Assembly: GCA_951406725.2 (NCBI GenBank)
Contig: OX597833.1
Location: 57,474,001-57,538,000 of the forward strand
Direction of reading: 5' to 3'
Length of the DNA: 64,000 nucleotides
Origin: Octopus vulgaris
Lineage: Eukaryota
The position numbers and the translations under genes are program-made. This document shows, in pieces, positions 39,866 to 54,390 of the stretch. Every line of letters begins with the position of its first letter. Positions within the stretch are counted from its first letter, which is position 1. The notes under the pieces were generated by a model. The model saw only the letters and a list, made by a program, of their open reading frames with translations. It was not told the DNA's origin and did not search any database.

Positions 39866-40001
39866 TCACCGCATGGCAGTCAAATCGCGCTGCTACGGTT
39901 ATATAAAAGCGAATAATACCCTTTATTTCACTAGATTCAAGCTATCGTTTCCATTACTAAATTTTCCTCTTCACTCTACTTCTCTCGCCATCCCTCTCTT
40001 C

Positions 40002-41220
<1,219 letters not shown>

Positions 41221-41738
41221 TAGGTCTATCTAACTCGGTCTGTAACACTATGAGACGCCCTTATCAACTCCCTACTTCAGGCACATGTTCCTTTTAGACT
41301 TTCAACAGCCGACATATTCTCCAGGGTATATAATATGTGTGTATATTTACTTACTAGCATGAGTATAGAGTTTTTATATATTTACATGTTTATTGTTGAT
41401 GTTTCCTTTCACTTGTGAACACTTCTGCAGCTTTCGTTAAATTAGCATCATCTACACGCACGCATACACACACGCACGCACACACAAATACACACACACA
41501 CACACATATATACATACTTTCTCACACTTACACATATATATATACAGACATACACACATACATAGACACACATGTATACATACATACATACATACATACA
41601 TACGTACGTACGTACATGTATACACACATGCACACACACGCATAAACACACACAAACACAACTACATACAATAGTACACCTAAATCTGTGCTCACATAGA
41701 TGAACGTTTATGTGCCTCTGTATGTACGTGTGTGTATT

Positions 41739-41841
<103 letters not shown>

Positions 41842-42141
41842 GCGCGAGTGTATATTTATACACATATATATATATGTATGTATATATATATACATATGTG
41901 TGTGTATTTATATATTCTTTCCTGAGCGCCCAATAATATTTTATTTGTTCTACATCCTCGCGTTGTTGTCTTTTTGTTTTCTTGTTTGGATTAACTTTAT
42001 ATGTATATATGTACATATATACAGGAGCATAAACACAGACAGATATGTATGCACATGTATGTGTGTGTATATGTATGTATGTATGTATAAATATATACAT
42101 ACAAACATATATACATATATATATGAGATGCAGCACGGATT

Positions 42142-42192
42142 TTTGTCAGTGAACAGGTCGCGGTCTTAAAGCGACGAAAATATTTTGACAAA
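42142..42192 (+). ncRNA. Type I hammerhead-fold motif with swapped G3-C8 core pair (family G)
   Basis: UUUGUCA-GUGAACA-G-GUCGC(ggucuuaaa)GCGAC-GAAA-AUAUU-U-UGACAAA: 7-bp helix I, 5-bp helix II, palindromic AAUAUU helix III. Confidence 0.7.
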
Positions 42193-42414
42193 TTAAACTT
42201 AAATGTTGAAGTGAATCGAACGGCTTAAGTGTGTTTCTTAAATGGCTTACAAACACCTTCCACGCTGCAATTGTACATGTATATATATATATATTAGAAT
42301 TGAATGTGTGTATACGTGATTAGTCATTGGTGATTATAGACATGTTCTTGTGCATGTGTTTGTATGTGTATGTGTGTAACAACACACACATACATACACA
42401 CACACACATCTGTA

Positions 42415-42965
42415 TACGAGGTGGTATTAAAAAAACAGTTGGCTGCACACCACGGTTGCATGTGCAGTGAGAGCTAGCGTTGACCTTCATGATGGAGTGT
42501 GCCGAGTGATACCATTGTGTGTACTTCACAGGTTGTGAATTTTGTGTTTTTGTGATAACGTGTATGATATACTTTGTGATTTTGTCATAGACAGCTACCA
42601 AGACCCATTCGGCAAATCTTGCGTTAAACTTGAGAAGTTTACTACAGAGACATTGAGCAAGCTTCGGCAAGTTTACGGCGACAGGGCAATGGGTCGTATG
42701 CAATGTTTCGAGTGTTCCTCATGGAAGACGACGAGCGATCTGGAATTTTGCCACGAACATCACACCCGGATATGTGGTAACCTTCTGAATTTCATCTCTT
42801 CCCCCAAGGTGAAAATGCAGCTAAAAGGTCGCTGTCTTAACACCGTTGTTGAGATCCAAATGGAATCGCAAAAGGTCCTCGACAGGCTTACGGAAAACGA
42901 CTTCAAAGCCGGGTTCCAGAAGTGACAGGGGCGCTGGCACGGATGTATTGCTGCGCAAGGTGACT
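42415..42965 (+). mobile_element. Internally deleted mariner transposon
   Basis: N-terminal HTH-like KSCVKLEKFTTETLSKLRQVYGDRAMGRMQCFE joined to C-terminal PKVKMQLKGRCLNTVVEIQMESQKVLDRLTENDFKAGFQK*QGRWHGCIAAQGD; TACGAGG start. Confidence 0.88.
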
Positions 42966-43026
<61 letters not shown>

Positions 43027-43409
43027 TTGAATGTATGTATGCTGGCATGTATGTATGCACGAATGCATTATGCATGTATGTATGTATGTATGTATGTATG
43101 TATGTATGTATATACTTATGAATGTATGCAGGTAGGCATGTATATATGCACGCAAGTATCGGAAGTAAATGTATTTGAATTACACCTGCGTTAAACTCCA
43201 TTCATATATATATATATATATAGTGTAATAAATAAAATATATGCATACATACAAACATATATGTACGTACCTACATCTACATGTATATATACATGCATAT
43301 ATAAATATATATACGTGAGTACAGGACACCACAACTAGACGTAGAACTCAACGAGAAACGAAGATTCGATTCGTTCGCTTCGTTCCGTTTCTTATTCTCC
43401 CAGTACTGT

Positions 43410-43445
<36 letters not shown>

Positions 43446-43835
43446 ACAAGGGGTTTGTATGATTGTGTATAGAGGGATATATATTATTCAAAGGAATTCC
43501 AACTCTGTTGTTTACGTTTTATTTATATTCTTATAATATTAATGTAGGATATAGAATAAATAGTATATATAGTATATATAGTGGAATGAAATGAAATATA
43601 TATAAAGAGAAAATAGCTAGTTCTAAAATCTCTAAACGAGATATAAGTAGTAATGATACGAGAGGGTAACAGTTCTTTTTTTATTTATTTTATGCAACTA
43701 TAATATGGTTGTTCTATAAAGAAATTTGTTACTACATTTTAACCCGAGAAAAACGACGGCTCATTAACGACACACAACTTGTGTCCGATATATTGTGAGT
43801 AAGGGAGGGAAACACTCCCCTCCAGCTTGCCAAGA

Positions 43836-43880
43836 CCAGTAGACCATGGTTTCTGAGTCTTTACTCTTCATCGGTACCGG
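43836..43880 (-). ncRNA. Minimal type I hammerhead motif (U4C)
   Basis: CCGGUA-CCGAUGA-A-GAGU(aaag)ACUC-A-GAAA-CCAUGG-U-C-UACUGG; palindromic helix III ACCAUGGU, GUC site. Confidence 0.75.
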
Positions 43881-44214
43881 ACACCTGCCTGCTAGAAATG
43901 AACTAGGGACAGCTGATGAAGGGGATTTTTCCTTGTGTAGTTATCTTGTACTCTGTTTTTTCGTTGTTAAAAAAATGGTCCGTTCTATGCTGTTTTTACT
44001 TTTTCGTTTCTCGTTGAGTTCTACGTCTATTTGTGGTGTCCTGTACACACGTATATATATTTATATATGCATGTATATATACATGTAGATGTAGGTACGT
44101 GCATATATGTTTGTATGTATGCATATATTTTATTTATTACACTATTGTATGACTGAGCGCCCTCGCATCGATTCGATTCGTTTCGTTTCGTTTCGTTTCT
44201 TCTCTAAGCTGGTT

Positions 44215-44276
<62 letters not shown>

Positions 44277-44555
44277 TTATAAGAGGCAATGGTGTCATTG
44301 AGACCCAAAGGTGTCAGATAATGGTGAATAAGTGCTATAGACAGACCATAGTTAAGTTCCAGGTTCGGTGATTTTGCGAATAAGGGGTTCAACGTTGGCC
44401 CATATACCAGCGTGTGTATATAAGAATTTTTTTCGTAATGAGATAAAAAACAAAAGGCCGTGTAGATATTAGAACATTTATAGATAGAAGGTCTATAGAT
44501 GTTCTAATATCTACACAGCCTTGGTATTTTTTATCTCATTAAGCAAAAAATTTTT

Positions 44556-44625
<70 letters not shown>

Positions 44626-44709
44626 CACGCATATATATATATGTGTGTGACCTCGTGTTGGTGATTTTTTTCCTCTGTCTTCCCTTCTCTGGATCTTTCC
44701 TTCTCCTAT

Positions 44710-44744
44710 GTTTCCGACGAAGAGCTCCGCTCGAAACGTTAAAC
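44710..44744 (+). ncRNA. Minimal type I hammerhead motif, family A (U4C, U17)
   Basis: Identical to 6485-6519; host element ~44645-44848 lies between TA-rich microsatellites. Confidence 0.65.
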
Positions 44745-44847
44745 CCTCCTTCTTTCCTTCTTTCCTGAGCGTCCAATAGTACTATATTTGTTCCACGTCC
44801 TCGCGTTGTTGTGTTTTTTTTGTGCTTTCTTGTTTGGATTAACTTTA

Positions 44848-44904
<57 letters not shown>

Positions 44905-45111
44905 AGCAAAAATGCTGGAGAATCAGTATACACCACGTGGCATAATTATGAAGTGAAAGTATGTAGAAAACATATATAAAAAGGGGAAGAGAAATGCCTT
45001 CATTTCATATAGTTTTAATATCTTTTTATATCAAAATATATATACATATTTTATGGATGGTAAAAGTCTCATAAAATGTAGTGATATACATATACACATG
45101 TATGTTCATAG

Positions 45112-45157
<46 letters not shown>

Positions 45158-45160
45158 ATA

Positions 45161-45199
<39 letters not shown>

Positions 45200-45473
45200 A
45201 TGAAGCATGTGTGCATGTTATGGAAATTCTGCCTGTCCGTGCTCTCTTCCGCTGACTTTTATCTTAGCCCTAATTAATATTTAATTAGTTATTTTGCACC
45301 GTCAATGATGAATACTTAATGTAGACTAATTAAGACGTGCCCTGTAAAGTACGAGTGTATATCTATTGCATAATACATACACACACATGCATAAATACAT
45401 ACATACACTGACGCTCACCCATACATACATTCACTGATACACACGCAAAAATATAAATGCGTGTGAATGTCTG

Positions 45474-45526
<53 letters not shown>

Positions 45527-45608
45527 GTCTATCTACCTACCTATCTATCTATCTGTGTGCCAGTGTGTCTGTCTGTCAGTCTGTCTATCTATCTGTCTAT
45601 TTATATGC

Positions 45609-45767
<159 letters not shown>

Positions 45768-45861
45768 ATGTATGTATATATGTATGTATATATATATATA
45801 TATGTACGTATGTATATATTTATATATGTATATATGCATACACACACGCACATATATATAT

Positions 45862-45911
<50 letters not shown>

Positions 45912-46107
45912 GTGTGTGTGTATGTGTGTGTGTGTGTGTGTGTATGTGTGTGTGTGTGTGTCATTCTTCAGTTATATTTCAAGATTTCTTACCATTAGAA
46001 AAAGAACCGGTTTCTAACCTAGACCAAGGCTCCTTCCTTCATTGGAATTTCAACGTCAACAACAGGGTATTTTTGTATGTATGTATGTATGTATGTATGT
46101 ATGTATG

Positions 46108-46138
<31 letters not shown>

Positions 46139-46483
46139 CTATGTATGTATGCATGTATGTATGTATGTATATGTATGTGTATATTTATATATGTGTGTAT
46201 GTGATATATGTGTGTGTGTATGTGTGTGTATATATTTTAGTATATATATATATACATGTTCATACATACATAAATCTTTTTTAACCACGGAACTTTAAGT
46301 AGATAAAGTTATAATTAATAGCGTGTAGAATATTGGGTATATACTTAAGCATACATATTTATGTGTATGCGTTTGCATATGTATGTATATATAAATATAC
46401 GTATGTTTAAACTATGCACATACATACATACATACATACATACATACATACATACATACATACATACATACATACATACATAC

Positions 46484-46529
<46 letters not shown>

Positions 46530-46691
46530 TATTGTTGGAATGTCCCTCCCAAAGAACAAGAATATCTGTTTCAACACTATTACACATCAAGAACCTTGCA
46601 AAATAAACACACACACACACACATATATTTATGTGTGTGTGTGTGCGAGTGTGTGTGTGCGTGTGTATATAGATGTATATATATGTGTATG

Positions 46692-46752
<61 letters not shown>

Positions 46753-46890
46753 GTATTTATGTGTGTGTGTGCGTTTGTGCGCGTATCTGTATATATATAT
46801 ATAAATTTTTATTTGAGAACATATTCTTTGTGGAAAATAGCGATTTGACGTCTATATCCTACATGTCCACATTTAGTGGTCAGTCCTTTA

Positions 46891-46970
<80 letters not shown>

Positions 46971-47258
46971 TTTTATTTGTTTCAGTCATTTGACTGCGGC
47001 CATACGAGAGCGGCGCCTTTTAATCGAGCAAATCGACCCCAGGACTTATTCTTTGTAAGCCTAGTACTTACTCTATCAATCGCTCTTGCCGAACTGCTAT
47101 GTGATGGGAACGTAAACACACCAGCATTGGTTGTCAATTTAAATTCATATATATATATAATTTAAATTAAAAATAATAAGGGTGAAAAATTGAATATTAA
47201 TTTGATTAATATGAATTTAAAACCAATGGTCTAGTATATTAAAATCTGAAGATTCAGA

Positions 47259-47304
<46 letters not shown>

Positions 47305-47314
<10 letters not shown>

Positions 47315-47445
47315 ACAAATTAAACTTAAATGTTGAAGTGAATCGAACGGCTTTTGTGTGTTTCTTAAATAGCTTCACGCTGCAATTGTTTTCGTTTCAG
47401 CACACGATCTCAGATCAAATTACTTGCTAAGCGAGTACATCTCCG

Positions 47446-47480
<35 letters not shown>

Positions 47481-47765
47481 GGAGATGTACTTGCATAGCA
47501 AGTGATTTGATCTGAGATCGTGTGCTGAAACGAAAACAATTTCAGCGTGGAAGGTGTTTGTAAGCCATTTAAGAAACACACAAAAGCCGTTCGATTCACT
47601 TCAACATTTAAGTTTAATTTATCAAAATATTTTCGTCGCTTTAAGACCGCGACCTTTTCACTGACAAAAATATTTTGACAAATTTAACTTAAATGTTGAA
47701 GTGAATCGAACGGCTTTTGTGTGTTTCTTAAATGTCTTACAAACACCTTCCACGCTGCAATTGTT
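47305..47765. mobile_element. Three family G copies in +/-/+ orientation
   Basis: 47305-47450 (+, 3' part), (TA)n, 47476-47668 (-, motif at 47618-47668 with core GUGAAAA), 47667-47765 (+, partial). Confidence 0.85.
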
Positions 47766-48060
47766 TATATTATATATATATTCGTGTGGCACCGTCCGTT
47801 TTGCTGTCCCTGTGTTCGCATGCATTCGATCCTTCTTCCAGGAAATCTACGCTCCTAGCTTAGTTTTTCTAATGCTCGTTGCTTAGTTTTTCCTGGAGGG
47901 CTGGCCGGTTCTAGTAATCTCAAGATTAATCAGCCGAAATTACTACGATGATTCGGTTCTTGACTGAAGACTGAGGGCTTCGAATGTCCTGTCTGTGTTT
48001 GTTGTATCGTCTTCTAAGTTTTTATGCGTTCTTGTCTCAGTTTGTATTTTTCTACATATC

Positions 48061-48095
<35 letters not shown>

Positions 48096-48174
48096 CTTTC
48101 CTGAGCATCAAATAATACTTTAATTGTTCCACGTCCTCGCGTTGCTGTTTTTTTCTGTGTTTTCTTGTTTGGAT

Positions 48175-48228
<54 letters not shown>

Positions 48229-48232
48229 CACA

Positions 48233-49488
48233 CAGAGTTATTCAAAAAGAAAAAGTAGATTTCGATTTTATATTTAAAACAAAACGGTAAGAGGTACAAA
48301 CACATTCTACATATTTCTTGATAGGGGATGGTTTAAAGTTTATTTTAAGGTAGTATGCACTCAACATGAACACCATGTGTTGCTCGACAAACATCGAAAC
48401 GTTAGTCTTTTTCTTGCCACTGATCTGTGGATATTGTGACGAGGTGGATTTTTATTGAATTGGCGGCGAAATTCACGTTGCACTTTCACAATCGATTGAC
48501 GACATTTCTCAAACTGCAGCACACAAAACGACTTTTCTTTTGGCGTCGCCATTTTCTAAGGGATTACACAAATGACAATTAGGATCTTTTCGGTTTGACC
48601 GGCAGTTTTTTCTAGTGGTGTCATATGAAATTGTCACCCATAATTATGACCCTAGTATCGATCTATTGCATTTCAATCTGTTTTAGGGTTAGGGTTAGGG
48701 GTGGGGGGAAGGGTATCTTTTTTCTTCACAAATGTAAATAAACCCAATCTGTTTCTTAAACGAGGGACATATTCATACAGCACAGAATGTTTTCACCTCA
48801 ATAGACGGTCATTGATTGGTTGAATTTGCAGATATTGAAGAAAAAAAAAACAACAAATATCTTACAAACTATAGAATTTTCTCAATAAAGCCAAGAGAAA
48901 AAGATGTTTTATAAACACATTCTACCAGTATACGAAGTTTAAAAGTGTTTAGTTAGGTGGAAATTATTTTTAAAAACTGCCGTTCAAATCGAAAATATCC
49001 AAGACTTTTCTTGTGGCGTCGTCATTTTCTAAGGGATTACACAAATGAAAATTATACAACTTTAAATAAAATGAACAAAATGAAACATTAAAACAAAATT
49101 GAAATATTATTTTATTTAAGGCTTAATTCAATTGATCATGTTCAGCTATAAACTTTAAACATTCAATCAAGAAATATCTAGGAGTGGCTGTGTGGTAAGT
49201 AGCTTGCTAACCAACCACATGGTTTCGGGTTCAGTCCCACTGCGTGGCATCTTGGGCAAGTGTCCCGTAACTTAGCGGTTCGGCAAAAGAGACCGATAGA
49301 ATAAGTAGTGGGCTTACAAAGAATAAGTCCCGGGGTTGATTTGCTCGACTAAAAGGCGGTGCTCCAGCATGGCCGCAGTCAAATGACTGAAACAAGTAAA
49401 AGAGAGTAAAGAGTAAATGTGTTTGTCTCTCTTACCGTTTGTTTTAAATATAAATTTGAAATCTGCTCTTTCTTTTTGAATAACCCTG
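48233..49488 (-). mobile_element. Deleted Tc1/mariner-superfamily element with a DUF4817-like HTH N-terminus and nested MITE and SINE
   Basis: ~70-bp TIRs CAG(A/G)GTTATTCAAAAAGAAA... at 48233 and inverted at 49416-49488|TA; minus ORF MATPKEKSFCVLQFEKCRQSIVKVQREFRRQFNKNPPRHNI at 48552. Confidence 0.85.
48582..49000. mobile_element. MITE with GGATC termini (copy of 2085-2499)
   Basis: High similarity to 2085-2499; internal (TTAGGG)3. Confidence 0.85.
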
Positions 49489-49776
49489 TATACACATACA
49501 CACCCAAACATACACACACCCACTTATATATATAAACACACACGCGCTCGTATACACACACATATATACATACGTTCGTGTGTGTGTGTGTGGACACTGC
49601 ATGTGTGTTCTTAATATCTAAATATATTAAACAATATAAATATAAGCACGGCTTGAATGTCTTTAACTGATGGATATAAAGGAAGAAGGTGGGAGAAGCT
49701 AGATAGACTGGTAGACAAATGAAAGAGAGAGTCAGAAAGAGAGAGAGGGAGAGAGAGGGGAGAGAGAGAGAAAGAG

Positions 49777-49843
<67 letters not shown>

Positions 49844-50653
49844 CCAATAAAGCGTGAAGGGATTATCATAGTTTTTGGCAGTCTGCATTTTTCTGGCGAC
49901 GACGCTAGTTGGACAGGTCAAGAGGCCAACTCTTCGACTGGGGTCAACATGTCAAAAAGGGGCGAATATTTTAGTGGTTGTCTAGTCGTATGGCTTCAAG
50001 GCTTCAGGCTTCAGGCTTGGGAATTAATTTGCTAAATTGGAAGGTTGGTAATGTCGTTAGTATAAGCGTAGTGGCGATGGTAGCGTTGTTGTAGCTGTGA
50101 TGCCGGTGATGTTTCTTATGGTTGTGGTAGTGGTATGGGTGTGGTGGTGGCGGTAACGGCAGTAGTAGTAGTAGTGATGAAGATCTGTTGGTCTGATGGA
50201 AGTAATGGTTGTCTTATCTCTTCTTTCAGTTATTAGACTGTGGCCATGCAGGGTAAATGTGTTTGTCTCTCTTACCGTTTGTTTTAAATATAAATTTGAA
50301 ATCTGCTCTTTCTTTTTGAATAACCCTGTATACACATACACACCCAAACATACACACACCCACTTATATATATAAACACACACGCGCTCGTATACACACA
50401 CATATATACATACGTTCGTTTGTGTGTGTGGACACTGCATGTGTGTTCTTAATATCTAAATATATTAAACAATATAAATATAAGCACGGCTTGAGGAATT
50501 TTAGTCGACCCTAGTACATATTGGAGAGGCGGGGTGAAATTTGAAAAATTAAAAATTTGGGAAATAATCATCATCATCATTACCATCATCATCATCACCA
50601 TCATCAGCATCTTCATTTACCTATTTCTTTACTACCCATGGTGATGATGATGG

Positions 50654-50702
<49 letters not shown>

Positions 50703-50761
50703 GATGATGATGATGAAGATGATGGTGATGATGATGATGATGATGATGATGGTGATGATGG

Positions 50762-50799
<38 letters not shown>

Positions 50800-50866
50800 G
50801 TGATGATGGTTGAGGTGGGCATTTTAAATTTGGAAAATGTGATTTTAAAAAGATGCAGCACGGATT

Positions 50867-50917
50867 TTTGTCAGTGAACAGGTCGCGGTCTTAAAGCGAC
50901 GAAAATATTTTGCCAAA
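50867..50917 (+). ncRNA. Family G hammerhead-fold motif (G3-C8)
   Basis: Same core and helices as 42142 with one helix I mismatch; host element ~50851-51060 flanked by TTTTAAAAA on both sides. Confidence 0.68.
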
Positions 50918-51419
50918 TTAAACTTAAATGTTGAAGTGAATCGAACGGCTTTTGTGTGTTTCTTAAATGGCTTACAAACCAAACACCTTCCACGCTGCAA
51001 TTGTTTTCGTTTCAGCACACGATCTCAGATCAAATCACTTGCTATGCAAGTACATCTCCGGTTTTAAAAAGAAATTTCGGGAAAAGTTCAAGATTTTAAA
51101 TGGAGGGGCGGGGAAAATAGGGAGGGGGGATTTTATTTATTTTTTTGCATATCCGTAATCTCCGACATCTAAAACGTAGGAATCCGAAAAAATATTTTCA
51201 AAAAAATATTTTCAAGGAGAGGTGCGAACCTGCATTAGCCCCTTATAATTACCTAATCACAATTAAGACCAGTAAGGGAGATAATCTCAAACTCCAAGAA
51301 TTTTCTCCAAAGCTGACATGCCACTAAAGACAAGAACAAGCTTTCGTCGGGGTGGTTTTTAACATCGGTGTATGGGACGGAATCTGGTGTTGTAGTTGGT
51401 TGTGGTAAATGTAGTTATA

Positions 51420-52020
51420 GGCGGCGAGCTGGCAGAAACGTTAGCATGCCGGGCGAAATGCTCAGCAGTATTTCGTCTGCCGTTACGTTCTGAGTTCAAA
51501 TTCCGTCGAGGTCGACTTAGCCTTTCACCCTTTCGGGGTCGATTAAATAAGTACCAGTTACGCACTGGGGTCGATATAATAGACTTAATCCGTTTGTCTG
51601 TCCTTGTTTGTCCGCTCTGTGTTTAGCCCCTTGTGGGTAGTAAAGAAATGGGTATTTCGCCTGCCGTTACGTTCTGAGTTCAAATTCCGTCGAGGTCGAC
51701 TTAGCCTTTCACCCTTTCGGGGTCGATTAAATAAGTACCAGTTACGCACTGGGGTCGATATAAATTGACTTAATCCGTTTGTCTGTCCTTGTTTGTCACC
51801 CCTGTGTTTAGCCCCTTGTGGGTAGTAAAGAAATGGGTATTTCGCCTGCCGTTACGTTCTGAGTTCAAATTCCGCCGAGGTCGACTTTGCCTTTCACCCT
51901 TTCGGGGTCGATTAAATAAGTACCAGTTACGCACTGGGGTCGATATAAATCGACTCAATCCGTTTGTCTGTCCTTGTTTGTCCCCTCTGTGTTTAGCCCC
52001 TTGTGGGTAGTAAAGAAATA
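51420..52020 (+). mobile_element. Nin/Deu-domain SINE trimer
   Basis: Head plus three bodies starting GTATTTCG at 51468, 51652 and 51837; TSD-like GGTAAATGTAGT at 51404-51415 and 52021-52032. Confidence 0.92.
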
Positions 52021-52316
52021 GGTAAATGTAGTGAGAGTAATTGAGGGTGGTCTTGAGTAACGAAGATGCTCTTTTGTGGTTATGGGGTTGTGATGGTTGG
52101 CATTTGGGGTCGTTGGTGGTCATAACGGTGGCGGTGAAAGTTAAGCTGGTGGTGGTATTTGTAAGTAGGTGGTGATGACAGCGGCGACGTGTTAAAGGGC
52201 GGAAACGGTGGTAAGGACAGTGGCTGGTCGTATTGTTGGATTGCTGGAGCAGTGGTGGGGGCGGCGACGGCGGTGGTGTTGGTGGCGTTTAAAAAAAACG
52301 TCGACAACAAACAACG

Positions 52317-52335
52317 GTGATGAAAGATGATGGTG

Positions 52336-52416
<81 letters not shown>

Positions 52417-52488
52417 GTGATGGTGAAGATGGTGATGATGGTGATGATGATGATGATGGTGAAGATGGTGATGATGATGGTGATGATG

Positions 52489-52520
<32 letters not shown>

Positions 52521-52892
52521 GATGATGGTGATGATGATGGTGATGATGATGGTGATGATGATGGTGATGATGATGGTGATGATGATGATGAAGATGGTGA
52601 TGGTGATGATGATGATGATGATGGTGATGATGATGGTGATGATGATGATGATGGTGATGATGATGGTGATGATGATGATGATGATGGTGATGGTGATGAT
52701 GATGATGATGATGATGGTGATGGTGATGGTGATAATGATGACGTTAATAGCGATGATGGTGGCGACGATGAAGACGGGTTGGGGTGGGGGTGGTAAGTGT
52801 TCACAGTGATGCTAAACGATGCTGCTGCTGCTGCTGCTGCTGATCATGATGGTGAACAGGACGAAGACAACGACGACGGCGATGATGATGAT

Positions 52893-52924
<32 letters not shown>

Positions 52925-53139
52925 GGCGATGAGAATAATTATGGCCGTCCATGGTGGCTGAAAGTGGCGGTGATGGAGGTGGTAAGGATACAGTAATGGC
53001 TGGATTAAGAAATTGAAGTGCAGTTGTCGTTGTTGCTGTTGTTGTTGTTGTTGGTGGTGGTGAGGGTGGTGGTTGTAATGGTGGTGGTTGTAATGGTGGT
53101 GGTTGTAGTGGTGGTGGTGGTGGTGGTTTATGGTGGTGA

Positions 53140-53173
<34 letters not shown>

Positions 53174-53470
53174 GGTGGTTGTGTGGTTTATGGTGGTGGT
53201 GGTGGTGGTGGTGGTGGTGTGTGGTTTATGGTGGTGGTGGTGGTGATGGTGGTGGTGGTGGTGGTGGTGGTGGTGGTGATGGTGGTGGTGGTGGTGGTGT
53301 GGTTTATGGTGGTGATGATGCTGCTGCTGATGATGATGATGGTGGCGGCGGTTGTAATGGTGGTGGTGGTGGTGGTGGTAGTGGTGATGATGATGATGAT
53401 AATGATGGTGGTGCTTGTAATGGTGGCGGTGGTGGTGGTGGTGGTGGTGACAGCGGTGGAGATGGTAGTG
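52317..53470 (+). repeat. (GAT)n/(GGT)n/(GAC)n trinucleotide microsatellite field
   Basis: Explains the poly-D/M/G/V/W ORFs; similar tract at 50570-50810. Confidence 0.93.
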
Positions 53471-53827
53471 TATGAGAAGATGTGAAATATTCGTTCATTT
53501 TGGTTCCATGGAATAGCCGCAGAATTCAGAGAAACAAGCCTCGATACTTTGGAATGACAAACGCTTGTCTACCTGCCTCCCTGTCTGCCTGCCTGCTTGC
53601 CAGTCTGTCTGTCTGTCCCCCCCCTCTCTCTAATTAGTTTGGCTGTCGAGTAGGACTCGAAGAATCTGTGAGAGGGAGACATGTGACAATGCCAAGAGGA
53701 GAAATATGGAAGAAGAGGAGATTAATTATCTGAAGGAACATTTTTCCATTGTCTTCTTGTCTTTTTCTGGTTATCTTTATATCGCATTTTCAGTTTTCCT
53801 ATTTGCATTCCACTAAAAAAAATATTT

Positions 53828-54390
<563 letters not shown>

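Noticed and set aside
46001-46050. Minus-strand ...AGCCT(tggtct)AGGTT-A-GAAACCGGTT motif
   Set aside because: Helix II and palindromic helix III are present but there is no usable CUGAnGA or helix I
48683-48701. Interstitial telomere (TTAGGG)3
   Set aside because: Internal part of the MITE, also present in degenerate form in the 2085 copy
52317-52809. Poly-Asp and poly-Met ORFs (acidic-matrix-like or reflectin-like appearance)
   Set aside because: Pure (GAT/GGT)n; no reflectin motif, signal peptide or exon boundaries
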